From positions 1 to 36,328 of the IMG/VR virus record IMGVR_UViG_3300000053_000001: a stretch of DNA of 36,328 bases; one strand, 5' to 3'. This stretch comes from a virus. A program made the translations under genes and the position numbers. Below, piece by piece: positions 31,744 to 36,328 of the stretch. Each line of letters begins with the position of its first letter. The first letter of the stretch is position 1. The notes under the pieces were generated by a model. The model ran no database searches. It saw nothing but the letters and a program-made list of their open reading frames with translations, and had not been told where the DNA came from.

Positions 31744-32763
31744 ATGGCCATCGGATATACACCAGCGGTCGAGATCTACGGCGCGAACGCGGCCTTGATC
31801 AACAGCCGGCTGATCGACTGGGAGCACGTCGACGCGGCGGGCGTCGAGTCGGACCAGCTGAAGCTGACCGTCAACATCGAAGGGCTGGAAGGCCTGCCGA
31901 GCGTCGACGGTAAGATCGGGCTGCGGGTGGGGTACGAGGAGACGGGGCTCGTCGACAAGGGCGAGTTTGTCGTCACGCGCACAATGCCGCAGCTGTTCCC
32001 CGCGCAGCTGCTGATCGTCGCCACGGCCGCCCCGTTCAAGGTCGCCGACGAGACGGGCTTCAAGGCTCGCCGGTCGGAAACCTACGCCATGACGACGCTC
32101 GGCCAGCTGTTCCGGCGCCTCGCCACGAAGCACGGATTCTCGCCTCGCGTGGCGCCCGAGCTCGATTCGATCCCGGTCGCGCACATCGATCAATCCAACG
32201 AGACCGACATGGGCTTTCTGACGCGCCTCGCTCGCCGGCATGATGCAGTGACGAAGCCGGTCAACGACCTGTACGTGCTCGCCCGGCGCGGCCAGGTCAA
32301 GTCGCTGAGCGGCAAGCCGCTGCCCCCGGTGACGCTGTCGGTCACGAAGGACAACCGCCCCGGCGAGCGGTCATTCATTGCGGCCAGCATCGACAACGAC
32401 AGTCGGATCCGCTTCAAGGGAGCGCGCACGGTCTGGTGGGATGGATCCGCCGGCAAGGAGGTGCGCGTCGAGGTCGGCGACGAGCCGTTCAAGCAGGTTC
32501 GCCAGCGCTACCAGGACGAAAGCGAGGCCCGCGCCGCAGCCAAGGGCGCGCACAGCAAGGTGCAGCGCGAGGCGGCGAAACTGCGGATCGATTGCCCTGG
32601 GAATCCGGCTTTTGGAGCCGAGGGCCTGCTCGTGCTCGATGACAGCTGGCCGAGCCATATGCGCGGCACCTGGTCAATCGACAAGGTGACCGCCAGCGGA
32701 TCCCGCCAGCAGAGCTACCGCTGCACGCTCGAGGCGAGTTATCCGGACGGAAAGCAATCGTGA
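31744..32763 (+). CDS. Late control / tail protein D (P2 gpD-like)
   Basis: AAGGAG RBS and 339 aa. It is the terminal gene of a P2-type tail cluster. Confidence 0.8.
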   Translation: MAIGYTPAVEIYGANAALINSRLIDWEHVDAAGVESDQLKLTVNIEGLEGLPSVDGKIGLRVGYEETGLVDKGEFVVTRTMPQLFPAQLLIVATAAPFKVADETGFKARRSETYAMTTLGQLFRRLATKHGFSPRVAPELDSIPVAHIDQSNETDMGFLTRLARRHDAVTKPVNDLYVLARRGQVKSLSGKPLPPVTLSVTKDNRPGERSFIAASIDNDSRIRFKGARTVWWDGSAGKEVRVEVGDEPFKQVRQRYQDESEARAAAKGAHSKVQREAAKLRIDCPGNPAFGAEGLLVLDDSWPSHMRGTWSIDKVTASGSRQQSYRCTLEASYPDGKQS

Positions 32764-32766
32764 TAG

Positions 32767-32800
32767 CGCCCCATGGCTTCGGCTGTGGGGCGTTTTTTTT
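32767..32800 (+). terminator. Intrinsic terminator ending the late operon
   Basis: CGCCCCA...TGGGGCG stem followed by T8. Confidence 0.75.
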
Positions 32801-32808
32801 GTGCCCAA

Positions 32809-32846
32809 GAAAAAGCCCCACTGCCTCGCGGCGGTGGGGCTTTTGT
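32809..32846. terminator. Bidirectional intrinsic terminator
   Basis: GCCCCAC...GTGGGGC stem flanked by an A-run (5') and TTTTGTCGTTT (3'). Confidence 0.65.
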
Positions 32847-32856
32847 CGTTTGTGGG

Positions 32857-33222
32857 CTAGAGCTTTGTTCGGAGCGTGTCGGGCATGTAAACCGGCACGT
32901 CGCGGTCGACGTAGAGGCGCGGCAGGCGCTGGTAGGCGCCGGGGCCGCGCTGCTCGAGGCGCTTAATCACGATCTGCGCCACCCCGTTGCCGCTGGCCCA
33001 CGCCTCGCCCCGCAGCAGCCAGACGGCCGGCGCAGTACGCCCAATGCTGCACAGCGCCCACGTTTGCCCGCTGTCCTCGAGGACTTCGCAGGACGGCTCG
33101 AAGCCGGCCGCGCGGTGGGCGTTGGCCAGGCTGGTGATCGGCCCGGCGTCGAGATCCATGGCGAGGGCGATTGCCAGCCCGACAGCGGCAATAGCGGAGA
33201 GCCCGAGGGTGGTTTTTTCCAT
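32857..33222 (-). CDS. Exported / membrane-anchored hypothetical protein (moron-like)
   Basis: AAGGAG RBS and an N-terminal signal-like segment (LGLSAIAAVGLAIALA). It has two Cys residues and is bracketed by terminators on both sides. Confidence 0.6.
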   Translation of the reverse strand: MEKTTLGLSAIAAVGLAIALAMDLDAGPITSLANAHRAAGFEPSCEVLEDSGQTWALCSIGRTAPAVWLLRGEAWASGNGVAQIVIKRLEQRGPGAYQRLPRLYVDRDVPVYMPDTLRTKL

Positions 33223-33257
33223 GGTACTGCGCTCCTTTGCAGAGGCGCGCAGGGTAA

Positions 33258-33282
33258 CAAAAAGCCCGCCAGGAGGCGGGCT
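33258..33282 (-). terminator. Intrinsic terminator after the exonuclease operon
   Basis: AGCCCGCC-agga-GGCGGGCT. A T-run follows on the minus strand. Confidence 0.7.
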
Positions 33283-33302
33283 TGTGGGGTTGGTTACAGG
33301 GC

Positions 33303-33866
33303 TTAATCCGTGAGGCAGGTCTCTTGACGATCACGCCGCGCCTTGTCGGCCATCCGCAGGGCGTCGATCAACTGCAGGGCCTCGTGCCGGGCGTCGTCCA
33401 GCGCGTGGTGCTTCACGCCCTGGAACTCGCGCCGCTTTGCTTCGGGGAACAGGCCGAGGATTGTGCGCAGATCCCGGTCGCACCAGAACGGCCAAGGCGC
33501 ATTGATCGCGCAGTCGTCGAAGGCGCGGCGCAGGATGACGTTGTCGAAGGTCGCGCCGTTGCCCCATACCTGGCCAGCGTCGAACCGGTCGTGCATGAAC
33601 TCGGCGAGCTGCTCAAGCGCGCGCGGCAGTTCGAGGCCCTGCGTCGTGCCATTGATCTCGCGCCGCGCTTCGTCGGACTGCTGCAGCCACCAGGCGATGG
33701 TGCTCGCGTCGGGCACGCCGCCGTGCGCCATGGCTGACGCGAGATCGATCTGCCAGTAACGCTCGCCGGTGATGACCAGGTTATCGATCCGCACGCAGCC
33801 GATTGCAACGATCGGAGCAGGCGCGGCCTTGGCCATGGTTTCGAGGTCGATTACGAAGTGGGTCAT
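33303..33866 (-). CDS. DnaQ-like 3'-5' exonuclease
   Basis: Exo motifs are present: FVIDLETM (Exo I), WGNGATFDNVIL (Exo II) and HHALDDARHEA (Exo III). Confidence 0.85.
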   Translation of the reverse strand: MTHFVIDLETMAKAAPAPIVAIGCVRIDNLVITGERYWQIDLASAMAHGGVPDASTIAWWLQQSDEARREINGTTQGLELPRALEQLAEFMHDRFDAGQVWGNGATFDNVILRRAFDDCAINAPWPFWCDRDLRTILGLFPEAKRREFQGVKHHALDDARHEALQLIDALRMADKARRDRQETCLTD

Positions 33867-34045
33867 GGGATGTGGATCTCTGCGTCAGGGTTGATAAGAA
33901 ATTTCTCGCCGCAATGCCGGCACTTGATCCGCTGACCCCTGGTTCGCTCGTCGAGTGCGAGCGGAACAAGGTAGCGACAGGACGGGCAGCGGCATTGCAG
34001 GCCGGTGGCGAGGAGAAGGGTTACGGATGGCGCTTTGGCGTTCAT
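33863..34045 (-). CDS. Small Zn-ribbon protein (60 aa)
   Basis: GGAAGGAGA RBS. It contains CRCPSC...CRHCG and has an ATGA overlap with the exonuclease start. Confidence 0.6.
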   Translation of the reverse strand: MNAKAPSVTLLLATGLQCRCPSCRYLVPLALDERTRGQRIKCRHCGEKFLINPDAEIHIP

Positions 34046-34185
34046 GGTTTTTCGATCTCCTTCCGCTGCTCGTCGCAATCAGGTCGATAGGTGTAGACGC
34101 GCCAGACAAACGCGGCCGCCACGGCTAGCGCCGTACCTATCAGCCCGAGCAGCTGCTCGAGCGCGCTTGCGCTGTGCCGGCTCAT
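34042..34185 (-). CDS. Small membrane protein, 47 aa (not in the ORF track)
   Basis: My translation is MSRHSASALEQLLGLIGTALAVAAAFVWRVYTYRPDCDEQRKEIEKP. It has one TMD, mostly G/C at codon position 3 and ATGA overlaps at both ends. Confidence 0.55.
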   Translation of the reverse strand: MSRHSASALEQLLGLIGTALAVAAAFVWRVYTYRPDCDEQRKEIEKP

Positions 34186-34592
34186 GGCTTCACCTCGCTC
34201 GCCGGGCTGGCGTAGGGCGGGACGGGCGCGCGGTCAATCTCGGTCTGCAGCCAGCCGCGCAGCTCAATGCCTGCATGCTCCTTGGCGAGCGCTGCAGGCA
34301 GGCGCCAAGGCAGCCCGAGCAAGTGTTCGACCAGCGCGCGGGTCTCGGTGTGGCAGACGCGCAGCCGGTGGCGCAGCAGGTCGCACTCGGCCTCGAGGTC
34401 GGTTATGTGGTCGAAGAGCGGGCGCACGATGGCGTCGGCCTCGGCCACCAGGGCGCTGATATCGGGGTCCTTTCGGCCCTTGATCTGCAGGTAATGGTCG
34501 ATCATGCGGATCTTCGAGTAGTCGAAGCCGGCACGCCGGGCGAGCCGCTGTGCGGCATCCTCGAGGGCTTTGGTCTGGTTGAGCGCGGACAT
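34182..34592 (-). CDS. Hypothetical protein (136 aa)
   Basis: The ATG at 34592 has GGGAGGG 8 nt upstream. It has a TAATG overlap with the upstream small gene. Confidence 0.6.
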   Translation of the reverse strand: MSALNQTKALEDAAQRLARRAGFDYSKIRMIDHYLQIKGRKDPDISALVAEADAIVRPLFDHITDLEAECDLLRHRLRVCHTETRALVEHLLGLPWRLPAALAKEHAGIELRGWLQTEIDRAPVPPYASPASEVKP

Positions 34593-34744
34593 TACGCAGC
34601 CCTCCCGAGACGAGCCATCAGCGCGGCGCCGGTGCGGCCGCTGGTGTAGCGCGCGACGAACTGCATCGCCAGACGCCGGCACTCCGGGTCGGTGATGCGG
34701 TGAAGAGGCAGCCGGGCTGCCGTGGTATATTCGCGATCGGACAT
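34592..34744 (-). CDS. Hypothetical small protein (50 aa)
   Basis: It starts at the ATG at 34744 with a weak RBS. It is the first gene after the par operon and is translationally coupled to the next gene. Confidence 0.4.
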   Translation of the reverse strand: MSDREYTTAARLPLHRITDPECRRLAMQFVARYTSGRTGAALMARLGRAA

Positions 34745-34814
34745 GGTTGTGCTCTCTAATGGTTTGATCGTGTCCATGCCAGGCAGCGGTTGCCGCCGCT
34801 GTCTGGCACCCTTC

Positions 34815-35159
34815 TTACTTCTGCCCCTGCAGTCGCCGGCGCAGCTCGTCGAGGTCTTCCACCTCGAACCTCCCCTCTCCCCGCTTGTACTTCTCGAACA
34901 GGTCGTCGATTGCTTCGAGGAGCAGGTATTTGACCGGCGTCGAGTCGCTGGTCATGTTCTTCAGATCCTGCAGGCCTTTGTGGTACCGAACCGGCGCCTG
35001 CAGCGGGATCTTCTTCTCGTCACCGTCACCCGACACCGCCGCGCGCGCCTTCTCGACGTGCCGTGGCTCGCCGGCCCTGTATTTGCCGAGCGTCTGCTCG
35101 GCCAGATCGGCGCCAGCACCGCGGCTGGGCCGCGCGGTGGTCAGCTTCTTTTCGGTCAT
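34815..35159 (-). CDS. ParG-like ribbon-helix-helix centromere-binding protein
   Basis: It has an ATGA overlap with parA. The C-terminal half has an RHH pattern ([43 protein letters not shown]). Confidence 0.55.
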   Translation of the reverse strand: MTEKKLTTARPSRGAGADLAEQTLGKYRAGEPRHVEKARAAVSGDGDEKKIPLQAPVRYHKGLQDLKNMTSDSTPVKYLLLEAIDDLFEKYKRGEGRFEVEDLDELRRRLQGQK

Positions 35160-35806
35160 TTCAGCAGCTCCAGAAGCTCGGCGGTGACGGCCTCGATCTC
35201 GCCGCGCGCCTTGTTGTCGGCCGGCAGGTCCATGACGCTCTGGCCGCTACCGATATCGCGCACGTAGGACTGCCGCTGGCAGGTCTGGCTCGAAAGGATG
35301 GGCAGGTCAAAGGCCTCGAGCGCTTCGCGTGCGGTGCGCTCGATCACGGTCCCTGGCACAGCACGGGCGATCATCATCACTGCGTGCGGGTGGCCGTCTG
35401 CGATCTCCTGCCGGTCCTTCACGAGCTGCACCAGGTCGCTGCATGCCCATATGTCGTACTGGCTCGGCTGCACCGGGATCAGCACCAGGTCGGCAGCCTT
35501 GATCGCCGCCGCAGCCAGCTCGCTGATCTGCGGCACGCCGTCGACGACGACGAAGTCATAGGCGCCCGCTACGCGCGGCAGGTCGCGCGCCAGCTGCTTG
35601 CCCATCGCTACGCAAGGGATCACGCCTGGGTCACCCTCGGCGCCTTCGCGGCTGGCTGCCCAGTCGGTCGCAGAGCCCTGGGGGTCGAGATCGACCAGCA
35701 GCACGCGCTTGCCATGAGTGACGGCCAAGCAGCTGGCCACGTTGACCGCGCTCGTCGTCTTGGTGGTGCCACCCTTCTGGTTGAGCACCGAAATTACCTT
35801 CGCCAT
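35156..35806 (-). CDS. parA: ParA partition ATPase (small, type Ib)
   Basis: It has the deviant Walker A box [14 protein letters not shown] and [13 protein letters not shown]. It is 216 aa with no N-terminal HTH. AGGAGGG RBS. Confidence 0.9.
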   Translation of the reverse strand: MAKVISVLNQKGGTTKTTSAVNVASCLAVTHGKRVLLVDLDPQGSATDWAASREGAEGDPGVIPCVAMGKQLARDLPRVAGAYDFVVVDGVPQISELAAAAIKAADLVLIPVQPSQYDIWACSDLVQLVKDRQEIADGHPHAVMMIARAVPGTVIERTAREALEAFDLPILSSQTCQRQSYVRDIGSGQSVMDLPADNKARGEIEAVTAELLELLK

Positions 35807-35858
35807 CGCTGGCCCTCCTGGTGAGTTATCAGATCCAACGAGCGCAGATTAGACGCAT

Positions 35859-35902
35859 AAGAACAAAAGAGCAACAGAACAAAAGAACAAAAGAACAAAC
35901 AA
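35859..35902. repeat. Tandem 8-bp iterons (GAACAAAA and variants) upstream of parA: putative centromere/operator (locus C)
   Basis: GAACAAAA occurs at 35861, 35877 and 35885, and GAACAAAC at 35893, with GAGCAACA between. The array lies 55-95 bp upstream of the parA ATG. Confidence 0.7.
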
Positions 35903-35904
35903 GA

Positions 35905-36018
35905 GGCGCGCCCAGCGCGCCACATTGCCCGCCTGAAACGGCCCGTCCTTTCTCGCATGGCTGCAGCCCAGCAGCGGCGCGGGTTTCCCGCGCCATAAAC
36001 GAGCAGCGCGGAGCGCTG
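35905..36018. repeat. Cluster of GC-rich palindromes in the non-coding par-telRL spacer
   Basis: GGCGCGC-cca-GCGCGCC lies at 35905-35921. GGCGCGGG-ttt-CCCGCGCC lies at 35976-35994. CAGCGC-gga-GCGCTG lies at 36004-36018. Confidence 0.5.
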
Positions 36019-36136
36019 GTCCTTTTGGTGAATGCCTCCCGCTGCGCCTTTCTGACTCATCTGGGCCGCTGCCTCATTCTTTCCCTGATGTGGCTTGCTC
36101 TCCCGCACCCCGTCCTCTCCGCCTACTTTGCCGCAT

Positions 36137-36238
36137 GGCTAAAGGTGTATACGCGCGCGCCACTCCATACACCTTTAGCCCTCTAATTGGCATACACCTT
36201 CACCCCTAGCACAAGCTAGGGCCAAAGGTGTATACACC
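36137..36238. repeat. Left-arm tos-like repeats: 14-bp perfect inverted repeat plus further ATACACC/GGTGTAT copies
   Basis: GGCTAAAGGTGTAT (36137-36150) pairs with ATACACCTTTAGCC (36167-36180). ATACACC occurs at 36192-36198. The palindrome GGTGTATACACC lies at 36227-36238. Confidence 0.6.
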
Positions 36239-36292
36239 CATCCCCCATTCTATACGTATAGAATGGGGGGAGGGTGTATGCACCTTTGGCCC
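36219..36292. repeat. telRL-like telomere resolution site: 74-bp imperfect palindrome with a perfect 28-bp core
   Basis: Core CCCCCATTCTATAC|GTATAGAATGGGGG (36242-36269, also 1-28) is perfectly dyad-symmetric. It resembles the N15-family core CCATTATACGCGCGTATAATGG. The 37-nt arms (GGGCCAAAGGTGTATACACCCAT... / ...GAGGGTGTATGCACCTTTGGCCC) differ at 3 positions. The site lies directly upstream of the protelomerase gene. Confidence 0.85.
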
Positions 36293-36328
36293 TATCTACC
36301 AGTGGCTCAGATCATGCCTTATGGCTAT

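Larger units (their letters stand above)
1..36328. mobile_element. Complete genome of a telomere phage / linear plasmid-prophage (N15-like synteny, myovirus tail)
   Basis: Protelomerase next to a palindromic telRL, RepA-type replicase, ParA partition operon and no integrase. Full lysis, packaging, head and contractile-tail modules are present. The ends of the window overlap by 87 nt. Confidence 0.85.

Noticed and set aside
35794-36186. ORFs 35794-36108(-) and 35821-36186(+) in the par-telRL spacer.
   Set aside because: They have no Shine-Dalgarno sequence, and their reading frames run through iterons and palindromes. The amino-acid composition is implausible. The region is better explained as cis-acting DNA.
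1-36328. A search for tRNA/tmRNA genes, CRISPR arrays, integrase/att sites, IS elements, reverse transcriptase/DGR and an invertible fibre segment.
   Set aside because: The intergenic regions contain no cloverleaf-like or T-loop (GGTTCGAATCC-like) sequences and no regularly spaced repeats. No recombinase other than the protelomerase is present. There is no RT or invertase gene near the tail fibre.

Overview
This window is a complete, high-GC (roughly mid-60s % by eye) genome of a temperate telomere phage. That is an N15 / phiKO2 / phiHAP-1 / VP882-type linear plasmid-prophage, here with a P2/Mu-like contractile tail and lambda-like packaging and head genes. Positions 1-87 are identical to 36242-36328. 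The record is therefore an overlapping (closed) assembly of 36,241 unique bp that was cut inside the telomere-resolution site. Gene order follows N15 synteny: telRL palindrome with flanking GGTGTAT repeats; protelomerase (+); RepA primase-helicase (-); CI/LexA-like repressor (-). Next comes a divergent early operon: an unknown 205-aa protein, two small proteins, a Q-like antiterminator, a C5 DNA methyltransferase, a Lar-like Zn-ribbon protein and a small ORF. A late promoter and two terminators follow, then holin, SAR endolysin, Rz with embedded Rz1, a Gp49-like protein and a cos-proximal spacer. The structural block is Nu1-like TerS, GpA-like TerL, gpW-like, lambda-type portal, prohead-protease/major-capsid fusion and connector proteins; then baseplate V-W-J-I, tail fibre and chaperone, a DUF1353 membrane protein, sheath, tube, gpE/E' (T6G -1 frameshift), tape measure, U, X and D. 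Minus-strand accessory genes follow: an exported moron, a DnaQ-like exonuclease, a Zn-ribbon protein and small proteins, including a 47-aa membrane ORF that is absent from the ORF track. A type Ib ParA/ParG-like operon with GAACAAAA iterons lies last before telRL. I saw no integrase, tRNA, rRNA or CRISPR. The most noteworthy observations are: (1) the methyltransferase locus, where two overlapping reading frames both carry methyltransferase-family motifs; (2) an iteron-like A-rich motif dispersed at four control regions (parA, repA, late promoter, terS); (3) a Thr in place of the catalytic Ser of the CI/S24 repressor; (4) a promoter-plus-terminator unit with no ORF between repA and cI, a candidate sRNA; (5) an AT-rich inverted-repeat island inside the repA 3' end, a candidate ori; (6) an ATGA-coupled chain of small unknown genes downstream of par. 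All product calls rest on motif recognition by eye. No database search was run.
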